Below are positions 8,748-17,807 of a stretch of 64,000 nucleotides of DNA, one piece after another. The first letter of the stretch is position 1. Every line of letters starts with the position of its first letter. Under the pieces are notes generated by a model. The model did no database searches and was not told the origin of the DNA. It saw only the letters and a program-made list of their open reading frames with translations. Source of the stretch: a virus. Taxonomy: Duplodnaviria; Caudoviricetes. The position numbers and the translations under genes are program-made. Location: the IMG/VR virus record IMGVR_UViG_3300020187_001966; one strand, 5' to 3'.

Positions 8748-9565
8748 AAAAAAGTTGGGTTAAATTCAACCTCTGATGTAAATTGTTCCCCACATTTTTC
8801 ATTACTACATTCAAATTTAAATTTTTTGTCAAGACCATTTTGGTTAATTTGAGTGGACATCTTTTGCAACTTCTTGACAGTATTACTATCACTATTGCTA
8901 ATCCAATCAAGTATAGGTTGTATGTCTGTAATTTTATCTCCAGATGGGAGTAGAATATATTCAATAGTATCAGCAATTAAAACTAAACTAGCAGCTGTTG
9001 TTTTTTCTAAACTGTCTGAAAACAGCGCATGTTGTTTTTCTGGATTATCATCTTTATTAAACGTTGAAAGTATATTAGACATTTCAGATATTTTAATTTG
9101 ATTAGTAGTTATACTACGCAAACTATTTGGTTTAAATGACACAATCAATCCGTTAGAAAGCTCTAGTTCAATTGGTTCAATAGTCTTCACTTGATTTAAG
9201 ACATTAACTATCTTTATAGAGTATTGTTCTTGAGTTTGGCAATGCGTACACTTTGCGTCAACTGTTATTTCGCCATCGTTACTATTGATCTTACTAGCTA
9301 ACAAGATAATGTCTACATCTGGGATTAAAATTTCATATGGGTTTTCCATATCAGGAAGTATACTCTTTAAGATTTCAAATAGGCTTTCACCATTATATAC
9401 ACTATCGGGAATATTTAATAGCATTTCATCTTTGAAACTCATTGGCAATATGCCAATCTCATTTTGATCGTTCAAATTTGTTTGAGATGTGTACCATTTG
9501 CCCTCAGTTGGCAACTTTACGTATATCTCTTTATGTCTGTAAAAGTCTTCTAGTGAATTTGTCAT
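8732..9565 (-). CDS. Baseplate hub/tail assembly chaperone (T4 gp26/gp51-like)
   Basis: IYVKLPTEGKWY, PMSFKDE, DVDIILLASK, CTHC and C-terminal C..EKC...FNPTFFF; adjacent to the tape-measure-like gene. Confidence 0.7.
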   Translation of the reverse strand: MTNSLEDFYRHKEIYVKLPTEGKWYTSQTNLNDQNEIGILPMSFKDEMLLNIPDSVYNGESLFEILKSILPDMENPYEILIPDVDIILLASKINSNDGEITVDAKCTHCQTQEQYSIKIVNVLNQVKTIEPIELELSNGLIVSFKPNSLRSITTNQIKISEMSNILSTFNKDDNPEKQHALFSDSLEKTTAASLVLIADTIEYILLPSGDKITDIQPILDWISNSDSNTVKKLQKMSTQINQNGLDKKFKFECSNEKCGEQFTSEVEFNPTFFFTNN

Positions 9566-9573
9566 TTTAATCC

Positions 9574-9581
9574 TATAAATA
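9574..9581 (+). promoter_or_regulatory. Late promoter TATAAATA (tape-measure-like gene)
   Basis: Exact consensus. Confidence 0.65.
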
Positions 9582-9592
9582 CATATATAAGT

Positions 9593-9600
9593 TATTTATC
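9593..9600 (-). promoter_or_regulatory. Late promoter variant GATAAATA (chaperone gene)
   Basis: The same variant recurs at 43393 and 46989 upstream of structural genes. Confidence 0.5.
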
Positions 9601-9618
9601 TAATAAAGTGAGCATTTA

Positions 9619-11580
9619 ATGGCAGCAATTACTATACCATTTGGAGGATCAACCGTAACGGTTAATATACCAGATTTCGCTATGGAAGGAACCCAAATAG
9701 ATTTGCTTGAACAAGCAAATCGACAAACTGATGCTCTTCAAAAGATTGCGCAGTCCATGGGCATTAGTGTTCAGAACGATCAAAACGAAACAAAAAGTAA
9801 TAAAGATTTAGTATCACAGATTAAAAAGGGTAATTCAAATGATGATTCCAACTTTGCTCAATTAAACAAATCCCTAAGAACAGTTGCTAATCCAGTAAAT
9901 ATTGCCAATGCGATGCAATCAGCAGGCGGTGCTGACTCACTTAGTGGACTAGTAGGAAAAGACGGTCTACTTGGTACACTAGGGTTAGCTACAATGGGTG
10001 CGCAAGTTGGTACACTATTTGGTATTATGGAAGAATTTGGTGTTGCTTTGGGCTCATTGCGTCGAACAGGCAGTGGACTTGGTATGGATTTAATAGACTT
10101 ACGATCTCGTGCTTCTAATGTTGGTTTAGATATGCAAACACTTTCCAAAATTACTGTTGAAAATGGTAATGCTATTCGATCACTTGGCAGTAGTACTTCT
10201 GACGGTACAAATCAATTTTTAACACTAAACAAATCATTACGGGAAGCAACAAGAGATATGGGATTCTTTGGCATGGGAACTAAAGAAATGTCCACAATGT
10301 TAATAGATGAAATTGAACTCAGACGTAGTACTAGAAATGAAGCATTTTTAGAAGCAGGCACTAGAGATCAAATGGTTGCTAGTATGAAAGAAAATTTAAA
10401 GTTAAATGAAGTTATGGCTGGGTTAAATGGTCAAGATGTTCAAGATAGAATTAAAGCTCGTAACGAATTTAGAAAAAATGCTATTGTGGCTGCAGCGGCG
10501 TCTAAAATGACTGAAAAACAATTACAATCTCAATCCGCTTTAGTTGAAGGATTATCCGCATTGGGAAGTGCTGGCGCCGCTGGCGGACCAATACAATCAG
10601 CATTAACAAATTTAATTGCTAACGTCCCAATGGATAAGTTTAACGAATCATTTACACAACTTTCAGCAGCCGCAAGTGGTGAAGGTATCGATTTACGAGC
10701 AAACTTAGAAGAATATGCTCGTATGGTAGAAGCAGGAGCAGATCCAAAAGCAATGCAATCAGCTGCTCAAAAGTTAGTTGACCAATTTGCTAATATTGAT
10801 GCTAGTGACCAACTTATAGGCCGAGCTGGTGCTGGACAAGCAGGCGCAGCGGCATTACTTCAAACTCGTATGGAAGCATTTGCGAGTACTACAGAAAAAG
10901 GAAAGACAGTTGCTGAGCAAGTTAACGATAATATGACTAAACTTGAAGATGCAGCTGGTAGTGCTTCAATAAAATTAACCGGCTTAGCTAATCAAATGGG
11001 TGTTGCGGCTACAGAAATGAAAAATTCAGTTCTAGTTAGTACATTAAAAGCATTTAACGCTAATCCGAATAGCGCAGAGGGGCTATCTAAATTTGTTGAT
11101 AGTTTAGAAAATTTACCAACTACAACAGAATTTAAATTTATGACGGACCTTGTTACTGAAGTAGCGTCACTAGCTAGTGGCGCACAGGGCCTAATGGCTG
11201 TAATAGGAGTTGGTAATGAAGATAAATCAAAGGCAGAAATTGGGGCTGAGACTGGATTGTTATTCATGGCTTTAGGAAAACAACTGGGTATTAACGCAGA
11301 AATGGTAGCTAATATGTTTGGCAAAGGAAAACGTGGGGCCACGGCAGGTGGCAAATACGGCGACGGTATGCGTGGTACTTCTGCAGGTGAAGACATAGCA
11401 GGAGCAGTTGGCACAGCAGCATTTGCTGGTATGCTGGCTATAGGAATACAACAAGCATTTACCAGAAATAAGCCAATGCCTGTAGAAATTATAGAGCGAG
11501 TATCTACAACAACGGCGACTCCTAACCCATATTATAGAGCCTTACAAAACGCTACTACGGAGGTGAGCGACAATGATTAA
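9619..11580 (+). CDS. Tape-measure-like / baseplate hub protein
   Basis: 653 aa, Ala/Gly/Met-rich and helical-looking with hydrophobic stretches; next to the chaperone pair. Confidence 0.55.
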   Translation: MAAITIPFGGSTVTVNIPDFAMEGTQIDLLEQANRQTDALQKIAQSMGISVQNDQNETKSNKDLVSQIKKGNSNDDSNFAQLNKSLRTVANPVNIANAMQSAGGADSLSGLVGKDGLLGTLGLATMGAQVGTLFGIMEEFGVALGSLRRTGSGLGMDLIDLRSRASNVGLDMQTLSKITVENGNAIRSLGSSTSDGTNQFLTLNKSLREATRDMGFFGMGTKEMSTMLIDEIELRRSTRNEAFLEAGTRDQMVASMKENLKLNEVMAGLNGQDVQDRIKARNEFRKNAIVAAAASKMTEKQLQSQSALVEGLSALGSAGAAGGPIQSALTNLIANVPMDKFNESFTQLSAAASGEGIDLRANLEEYARMVEAGADPKAMQSAAQKLVDQFANIDASDQLIGRAGAGQAGAAALLQTRMEAFASTTEKGKTVAEQVNDNMTKLEDAAGSASIKLTGLANQMGVAATEMKNSVLVSTLKAFNANPNSAEGLSKFVDSLENLPTTTEFKFMTDLVTEVASLASGAQGLMAVIGVGNEDKSKAEIGAETGLLFMALGKQLGINAEMVANMFGKGKRGATAGGKYGDGMRGTSAGEDIAGAVGTAAFAGMLAIGIQQAFTRNKPMPVEIIERVSTTTATPNPYYRALQNATTEVSDND

Positions 11581-11589
11581 AAAACACCA

Positions 11590-11618
11590 TTGACATATCG
11601 ATAAATACATGTTATAAA
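11590..11618 (+). promoter_or_regulatory. Sigma70-type promoter with an embedded late motif, upstream of the portal gene
   Basis: TTGACA, 17 nt, TATAAA; GATAAATA lies inside the spacer. Confidence 0.55.
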
Positions 11619-11635
11619 CAAATAAAGAGAAAAAT

Positions 11636-13324
11636 ATGAGCTGGAAAAAACACTTTACTGTCTATCAAGGACAAGGCCAAGAAATGAAACCTAGTAGTTC
11701 TAGTCGTTTCCAAAGTTGGCTACCTGAAGTATACAGTGGACAACCTAATCGTGTTGAGAGATATTCACAATACGATCAAATGGATATGGATAGTGAAGTT
11801 AACGCTGCACTTGACATTATCAGCGAGTTTAGTACACAAAAAGATAAAACAACACAGCTACCTTTTAGCTTAGAGTATGTTGGTGATGTTACTGAAAGCG
11901 AAACAAAGATACTAGAGCAGACACTACGTCAGTGGTGTAAGCTACAAGACTGGGACACACGTATTTTTAAAACATTCCGTAATGCTGTTAAGTATGGCGA
12001 TCAGTTTTTTATCCGTGATCCAGAAACTTGGGAAATGTATTATGTAAATCCAGTTGATGTTACTAAGGTTATTGTTAACGAGTCCAAAGGTAAAGAGCCT
12101 GAGCAATATGTTCTAAAGAACATTGACTTAAACATGCAAAACAAAACTGTAAGTGAACCAATTAAACACAGTGACTCACATGCTAGTGTAAACAGTATGA
12201 TGCGTGGCCAAACAATGGACCGCAATGGTTATGGCGCAACTGGCGCAGAATACAACAACAGTTTAGGTAACATTCAAGAATATAATGTTGATGCTACACA
12301 CATAGTACATGCGGCATTAACAGAAGGCATGGACAGTAACTTCCCATTTGGTGCTAGTATACTTGATCCAATCTTTAAAACATATAAACAAAAAGAACTA
12401 TTAGAAGATAGTATTATTATCTATCGTGTACAAAGAGCTCCAGAACGTAGAGTGTTTTATGTTGACGTAGGTAATATGCCAGCTAACAAAGCTATGGGTT
12501 TTGTTGAGCGTGTTAAAAATGAAATACACCAAAAGCGTATTCCAAGTAAAACAGGCGGCGGTAATAGTATTATGGATTCAGCATACAATCCACTGTCAAT
12601 TATGGAAGATTACTTTTTTGCTCAAACTGCTGAAGGCAGAGGAAGTAAAGTTGAAGTACTACCAGGCGGTGAGAACCTAGGTCAAATTGATGACCTTAGA
12701 TACTTTACAAACAAAATGCTTAGAGCATTGCGTGTACCTAGCAGTTACTTACCAACAGGACCAGATGATGGAACAGCAAGTTATGTAGATGGCAGAGTAG
12801 GCACAGCATTTATTCAAGAGTACAGATTTAACCAGTACTGTCAGAGATTACAAAATATTATTGCTCCAGTATTTGATAACGAGTTTAAACTGTTTATGAA
12901 GAACAAAGGCATTAATATTGATAGTAGTATTTTTGACCTACAGTTTGTAGAACCACAGAGCTTTAGTGAATACAAAGAAATCGAAGTACATGCCGCAAGA
13001 GCAAACGTATTTGGGTCACTTGAGGGTGTAGATTATCTAAGTAGACGCTTTATGTTAAGCAAGTACCTTGGACTTTCAGAAGATGAAATCCTCAAGAATG
13101 AAGAAATGTGGATGGAAGAAAACAAATCAGGTGTAACACCACCATCAGATAGTACACCAGGTCTTGGCGGCGTAGGTGTGCGTGGATTTGAAGGTGGCGG
13201 AAATGATCTAGGTGGTTTAGATGATTTAGATGCCGGCGAAGGTGGCGGAGACGACTCGCCAATTAGCGGTGCTGAAAATGCGACAACACCAGCACCAGCA
13301 GGAGGAGAAGACAATGCGCAGTAA
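11636..13324 (+). CDS. gp20: Portal protein (T4 gp20)
   Basis: LEDSIIIYRVQRAPERRVFYVDVGNMP, MEDYFF...GRGSKVEVLPGGENLG and KMLRALRVP. Confidence 0.95.
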   Translation: MSWKKHFTVYQGQGQEMKPSSSSRFQSWLPEVYSGQPNRVERYSQYDQMDMDSEVNAALDIISEFSTQKDKTTQLPFSLEYVGDVTESETKILEQTLRQWCKLQDWDTRIFKTFRNAVKYGDQFFIRDPETWEMYYVNPVDVTKVIVNESKGKEPEQYVLKNIDLNMQNKTVSEPIKHSDSHASVNSMMRGQTMDRNGYGATGAEYNNSLGNIQEYNVDATHIVHAALTEGMDSNFPFGASILDPIFKTYKQKELLEDSIIIYRVQRAPERRVFYVDVGNMPANKAMGFVERVKNEIHQKRIPSKTGGGNSIMDSAYNPLSIMEDYFFAQTAEGRGSKVEVLPGGENLGQIDDLRYFTNKMLRALRVPSSYLPTGPDDGTASYVDGRVGTAFIQEYRFNQYCQRLQNIIAPVFDNEFKLFMKNKGINIDSSIFDLQFVEPQSFSEYKEIEVHAARANVFGSLEGVDYLSRRFMLSKYLGLSEDEILKNEEMWMEENKSGVTPPSDSTPGLGGVGVRGFEGGGNDLGGLDDLDAGEGGGDDSPISGAENATTPAPAGGEDNAQ

Positions 13325-13517
13325 TGAATTTTTAGTTGAGTATTATGAAGATGAAGATAACGAGTACTCAAATCGTAAAATTGATGATGTTCGACGCAGT
13401 AGGTTAACACTAAAACATATTAATAGACTGCGTAAACAACGTGAAATTCACAAGACAGAACATGCTACACGTACTGAACGTGTACAACAAATATACCGCA
13501 GATCATCTGGGGAATAA
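13314..13517 (+). CDS. Small head-associated protein (67 aa)
   Basis: ATG 13314 follows a GGAGG SD; MRSNEFLVE...RLTLKHINRLRK. The track start at 13230 is unlikely. Confidence 0.65.
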   Translation: MRSNEFLVEYYEDEDNEYSNRKIDDVRRSRLTLKHINRLRKQREIHKTEHATRTERVQQIYRRSSGE

Positions 13518-13618
13518 TACAAACTACAACAAATTAAGGCATGAAAACTTACTTATCTTGACGTTCTTGTCAAAAAGTACAGTTTTTATGCCTTTTTTCT
13601 ATGGTAAAACGTATTGGT

Positions 13619-13626
13619 AATAAATA
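13619..13626 (+). promoter_or_regulatory. Late promoter variant AATAAATA
   Basis: Upstream of the prohead core operon. Confidence 0.45.
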
Positions 13627-13675
13627 ATACTTGTAAACCAGTAATGGTAAGCCTGAATTTTTAAGGAGATATAAA

Positions 13676-14449
13676 ATGAGTAATCATAAGGATTCATTAG
13701 TTAAAGTCCTAGAATATCTTGTCAACGAAGATCGTGAAAAAGCGTCAGACCTTTTACATGATGTATTTGTTGAGAAAGCAAAAAATCATTGGGCGTCACT
13801 TTCAGAGAGTGATGAGTCAGTGGAAGAAGATATTCAAGACGAAGACTTAGACGAAACATACGAAGTTGAAGAAGGCATCAATAACTTTGATGCAGAGGAA
13901 GACTTTTTAGACGACATCGAAACAGCTGAAAACGAAATCGAAGCTGAAGAAGTGTACGGCGAAGACGATGACCAAGAAGGTGAAGAAGAAGCACCTGAAA
14001 TGGGCATGGACATGGAAGTAGACATGGACAGTGGCGAAGAAGAAGATGCTGCTGAACCAGAAGAAGCACTAGCTAATGTAGAAGATGCAATCGCAGAACT
14101 ACGTGCAGCGTTTGCTGACATGATGGATGATGAACCAGCTGAAGAACCAGAAATGGAAGAAGAAGTTGCTTTTGAATCAGACGACAGTGACGACGAAGAA
14201 GTTGAAGCAGTTGAAGAAGGCGCAACAATGTCAGCAGTAAGTGTATCACACACTGATGGCAGTGACAACAGTAAGTCACCAGTTGGTCCAGGAGACAGTT
14301 CAATGTCACCATCAAAGCCAGTCGATATTGCAGGCGGTACAGTTGAAGCAGGTGGCAAAGCGCCAGCAGCTAAAGACATGGGTGTAACAGGTCCACAAGA
14401 AGCAGGATCACCAACACCAGCACCGGCTCCAAAAAGAGAGATGAAGTAA
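13676..14449 (+). CDS. Acidic prohead core protein (gp67-like)
   Basis: Extremely Glu/Asp-rich; lies between portal and protease; strong AAGGAG SD. Confidence 0.65.
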   Translation: MSNHKDSLVKVLEYLVNEDREKASDLLHDVFVEKAKNHWASLSESDESVEEDIQDEDLDETYEVEEGINNFDAEEDFLDDIETAENEIEAEEVYGEDDDQEGEEEAPEMGMDMEVDMDSGEEEDAAEPEEALANVEDAIAELRAAFADMMDDEPAEEPEMEEEVAFESDDSDDEEVEAVEEGATMSAVSVSHTDGSDNSKSPVGPGDSSMSPSKPVDIAGGTVEAGGKAPAAKDMGVTGPQEAGSPTPAPAPKREMK

Positions 14450-14450
14450 T

Positions 14451-15092
14451 ATGTCAACATCATTACAAGAACACTTAACATTTAGTCAGGCAAATATTGT
14501 TACCGAGAGCATTGAAGAAGCTAACGGTGGTAAAAGCCTGTATATGAAAGGTATCTTTATTGAAGGCGATGTACGAAATCAGAACAACCGTATCTATACA
14601 AAAGAAGAAATTCATAATGCTGTTAAGGCAATTACTGAAAAAATCAAAAATGGATACAGTGTATTAGGCGAAGCTGATCACCCGGATGATCTAAATATTA
14701 ATCTAGATCGTGTATCACACATTATCACAGAAATGGATACTGATGGTGCGAACGGTATTGGTAAGCTGAAATTATTACCTACTCCAATGGGAAATATATG
14801 TAAAACCCTTATAGAGAGTGGATGTAATTTAGGCGTGTCAAGCAGAGGCAGTGGCAATGTTAACGATAAAGGAATAGTCAAAGATTTTGAGATTATTACT
14901 GTTGATATTGTTGCCAATCCAAGTGCTCCAAATGCTTACCCCGATCCAATTTATGAAAGAATTATGAATCATAAACGTGGTAATGTATTAATGGATGTAG
15001 CTTCTGCTGTTAAGCACGACGAACGGGCACAGCGTTATTTAAAAGATGAAGTAACGCACTTTATAGAGAACCTAAGGTATAGGAGAGATTAA
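14451..15092 (+). CDS. gp21: Prohead protease (T4 gp21)
   Basis: GEADHP, LGVSSRGSG and TVDIVANPSAPNAY. Confidence 0.95.
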   Translation: MSTSLQEHLTFSQANIVTESIEEANGGKSLYMKGIFIEGDVRNQNNRIYTKEEIHNAVKAITEKIKNGYSVLGEADHPDDLNINLDRVSHIITEMDTDGANGIGKLKLLPTPMGNICKTLIESGCNLGVSSRGSGNVNDKGIVKDFEIITVDIVANPSAPNAYPDPIYERIMNHKRGNVLMDVASAVKHDERAQRYLKDEVTHFIENLRYRRD

Positions 15093-15093
15093 T

Positions 15094-16191
15094 ATGGCTC
15101 ACTCAATAGATGAACTATTAGGCTCCGGAACGCTCTCGGAAGAGGTTAGATCTTCAATCAGCGAAGCATGGGAAACTAAGCAAGCTGAACTACGTGAAGA
15201 AGTTGCGTCAGAACTACGTGAAGAATTTGCAGGACGTTATGAAAATGACAAAGCGCAAATTGTAGAAGCAATGGACACAATGATTGGTGAAGTTATTGCG
15301 AAAGAACTCGAAGAGTTCCAAGCAGACAAAGCCAAAGTAGCTGAAGATCGTGTTGCATATCGCAAGCATATGTCAGAACATGCAAATGTACTGAATGATT
15401 TTGTGATGGAAACATTACGCAAGGAAATTAACGAATTGCGTGAAGACCGTGAAGTAGCAGATAAGAACATGGCACAGTTAGAAGGCTTTGTTCTTGAGCA
15501 ACTTACAAAAGAGCTAAACGAGTTTCATGATGACAAACGCTCACTAGTTGAAGCAAAAGTTAAAATGATAAAAGAAGGCAAAAAAGTTATCGAGCAAACA
15601 AAACGTAAGTTTATCGAAACTGCAGCAAACAAGGTGGAAAACATTCTTGAATCAACAATCAAGACTGAACTTACATCACTTAAAGAAGACATTCAAGTGG
15701 CTAAAGAAAACACATTTGGACGTAAGATTTTTGAAACATTTGCTGGAGAGTTTATGGGCAGCTACCTCAATGAAGGTACTGAAGTTGCTAAAATGAACAA
15801 ATCGATAGATGCGCTAAATGCTAAACTCGATGAAGCAAACGAAATTGTTGCGCAAAAAGAAGTTCAACTTGCAGAATCAACACGTAAGTCACGTATTGCT
15901 ACTGACAATGCTGAGCGTAAGCTAATCATGAATGAAATGATGGCACCGCTTTCGAAACAACATAAAGAAGTAATGAATGCATTATTGGAGTCTACTAAGA
16001 CTACTAATTTACAAAACGCATTTAACAAGTATCTTCCTTCAGTATTGAACGAAGACACAAAAACTAAAACTAAAAATACGAAGGTACTTAGTGAATCCTC
16101 AAAAGAGATCACTGGTGGAAAAACAACGGTAGCAGAAGCTAATGTTGATGCTAACATTGTGAACCTTCGCAAATTAGCCGGTATACAATAA
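15094..16191 (+). CDS. gp22: Prohead scaffold/core protein (T4 gp22-like)
   Basis: Coiled-coil, Glu-rich protein between the protease and the major capsid gene. Confidence 0.8.
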   Translation: MAHSIDELLGSGTLSEEVRSSISEAWETKQAELREEVASELREEFAGRYENDKAQIVEAMDTMIGEVIAKELEEFQADKAKVAEDRVAYRKHMSEHANVLNDFVMETLRKEINELREDREVADKNMAQLEGFVLEQLTKELNEFHDDKRSLVEAKVKMIKEGKKVIEQTKRKFIETAANKVENILESTIKTELTSLKEDIQVAKENTFGRKIFETFAGEFMGSYLNEGTEVAKMNKSIDALNAKLDEANEIVAQKEVQLAESTRKSRIATDNAERKLIMNEMMAPLSKQHKEVMNALLESTKTTNLQNAFNKYLPSVLNEDTKTKTKNTKVLSESSKEITGGKTTVAEANVDANIVNLRKLAGIQ

Positions 16192-16207
16192 GTTAAGGAG
16201 ACCGAAA

Positions 16208-17368
16208 ATGGCAGACAACCTAATGGAAAATTGGGGCGCTACAAAAGACGCCCTCACAGATGGTTTATCTGGAACAAAGAAGCAAGTAATGGAATCAGTA
16301 CTTGAGAACACAAAACGCTACATCGCAGAATCTGCAACAGCGGGTGCTACTCAAGCAGGTAACATTGCTACACTAAACAAAGTGATTCTTCCAGTAATCA
16401 GACGTGTTATGCCAACTGTTATTGCTAACGAAATCGTTGGTGTACAGCCTATGACAGGCCCAGTTGGACAAATTCATACTCTACGTGTGAGATATGCAGA
16501 AACTTTTGACTCAGCAACAGCTGGTGACGAAGCTCTAAGCCCATTTGCAATCGCAACTGGATACTCAGGTAATGGAACTACAAACCGTGCAGATGCTACA
16601 GCATCGCAAGAAGGTTTACCTGGTAAGAAAATGTCAATTCAAGTGTTAAAACAAACAGTTGAAGCGAAAACACGTAAACTATCAGCACGTTGGACATTCG
16701 AAGCGGCACAAGACGCCAATTCAATGCACGGCCTAGACGTTGAAGCAGAAATCATGCAAGCACTTGCTCAAGAGATTACTGCTGAGATCGACCAAGAGAT
16801 CATTACATCTCTTACATCACTAGCTGGTACAGCTACTGACACATACGACCAAAGTGGCGTAAGTGGTACAGCAACATTTGTAGGTGACGAGCATGCAGCA
16901 CTAGCAGTTCTAATCAACAAAAATGCTAACACAATTGCAGCACGTACACGTCGTGGCGCAGGTAACTGGGCAGTTGTTTCTCCAACAGTACTAACAGTAC
17001 TACAGAGTGCGACTACATCAGCATTTGCACGTACAACAGAAGGTCCTTTTGAAGCACCTACAAACACAAAATTCGTTGGTACACTAAACGGTACTATGAG
17101 AATTTATGTAAACCAGTACGCAGCAAACGACAACGTACTAGTAGGATACAAAGGCGCAACAGAGACAGACGCAGCAGCGTTCTATTGCCCATACATCCCG
17201 CTAATGTCAAGTGGCACAGTGCTTGATCCAGACTCATTCGAGCCAGTGGTATCATTCATGACACGTTACGGATATGTAGAACTAAGCAACCAAGCATCAT
17301 CGCTTGGTAACGCAGCAGACTACCTATCAGCAATCGCAGTTACATCAAACAAACTAGCATTTGCTTAA
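16208..17368 (+). CDS. gp23: Major capsid protein (T4 gp23)
   Basis: VGVQPMTGPVGQIHTLR, AKTRKLSARWTFEAAQD, EIDQEI and FYCPYIPL; probable gp21 cleavage site at YIAE/S. Confidence 0.97.
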   Translation: MADNLMENWGATKDALTDGLSGTKKQVMESVLENTKRYIAESATAGATQAGNIATLNKVILPVIRRVMPTVIANEIVGVQPMTGPVGQIHTLRVRYAETFDSATAGDEALSPFAIATGYSGNGTTNRADATASQEGLPGKKMSIQVLKQTVEAKTRKLSARWTFEAAQDANSMHGLDVEAEIMQALAQEITAEIDQEIITSLTSLAGTATDTYDQSGVSGTATFVGDEHAALAVLINKNANTIAARTRRGAGNWAVVSPTVLTVLQSATTSAFARTTEGPFEAPTNTKFVGTLNGTMRIYVNQYAANDNVLVGYKGATETDAAAFYCPYIPLMSSGTVLDPDSFEPVVSFMTRYGYVELSNQASSLGNAADYLSAIAVTSNKLAFA

Positions 17369-17394
17369 TAGCAATTTTAGTTGATAAAATAAAG

Positions 17395-17420
17395 ATAGGC
17401 GCTACGGCGCCTATTTTTTT
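17395..17420 (+). terminator. Intrinsic terminator after the major capsid gene
   Basis: ATAGGCGC-TACG-GCGCCTAT followed by a T run. Confidence 0.9.
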
Positions 17421-17441
17421 GACTTTTTTTTTAAAAAAGTG

Positions 17442-17470
17442 TTGACATTGGTGTCTACATATGCTATATT
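17442..17470 (+). promoter_or_regulatory. Sigma70-type promoter of the RNA island
   Basis: TTGACA, 17 nt, TATATT with TG-n extension. Confidence 0.8.
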
Positions 17471-17499
17471 ATATACATAGCTTGGGAGATATCCCAGAG

Positions 17500-17683
17500 T
17501 TAGATAGTGCAAGGAATGGCGGTCCGTAGAGGTCGTAACTTGGTTCATAGCTGTAGTGGCAATGCAAGAGCGTAGAGATACGAAGTTGTATTTTTAGACA
17601 TAACTGTTTAATATGAAGTTCCCGGATTTGAGCGTGGCTCTACACAAGGGTTGTTGGTATTCACAGAGTCCAACCTATCACTT
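17500..17683 (+). ncRNA. Structured ncRNA, manA RNA motif-like
   Basis: ORF-free and downstream of a promoter. Closing stem GATAG(17503)/CTATC(17675). The 5' GTGCAAGGAA...GAG...AACTTG and 3' AGTCC.ACCTAT pattern resembles the manA motif as I recall it; not computed. Confidence 0.5.
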
Positions 17684-17685
17684 TA

Positions 17686-17693
17686 TATAAATA
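17686..17693 (+). promoter_or_regulatory. Late promoter TATAAATA
   Basis: Exact consensus upstream of the 19-codon ORF. Confidence 0.55.
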
Positions 17694-17720
17694 ATAACGT
17701 AAGAAATAAGGAATTTTAAC

Positions 17721-17780
17721 ATGTCAAAAACTACAGTACATATTACTTACTGGCCACCATGCGAATGGGGAATGTTTTGA
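17721..17780 (+). CDS. 19-aa small ORF MSKTTVHITYWPPCEWGMF
   Basis: TAAGGA SD 8 nt upstream of the ATG; followed by a terminator. Confidence 0.5.
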   Translation: MSKTTVHITYWPPCEWGMF

Positions 17781-17807
17781 TGTGACTTTTTAAAAGTTAT
17801 TTTATAC

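Noticed and set aside
13558-13573. Divergent sigma70 promoters from TTGAC on both strands
   Set aside because: No -10 box at the correct spacing on either strand; the motif is better explained as part of the hairpin.
13834-14481. 215-aa minus-strand ORF, plus the many other antisense ORFs over the structural genes (e.g. 22621-23118, 29980-30705, 62421-62945)
   Set aside because: They are shadows of strongly biased plus-strand coding, with Ser/Pro/Val-rich low-complexity translations, no SD and no motifs.
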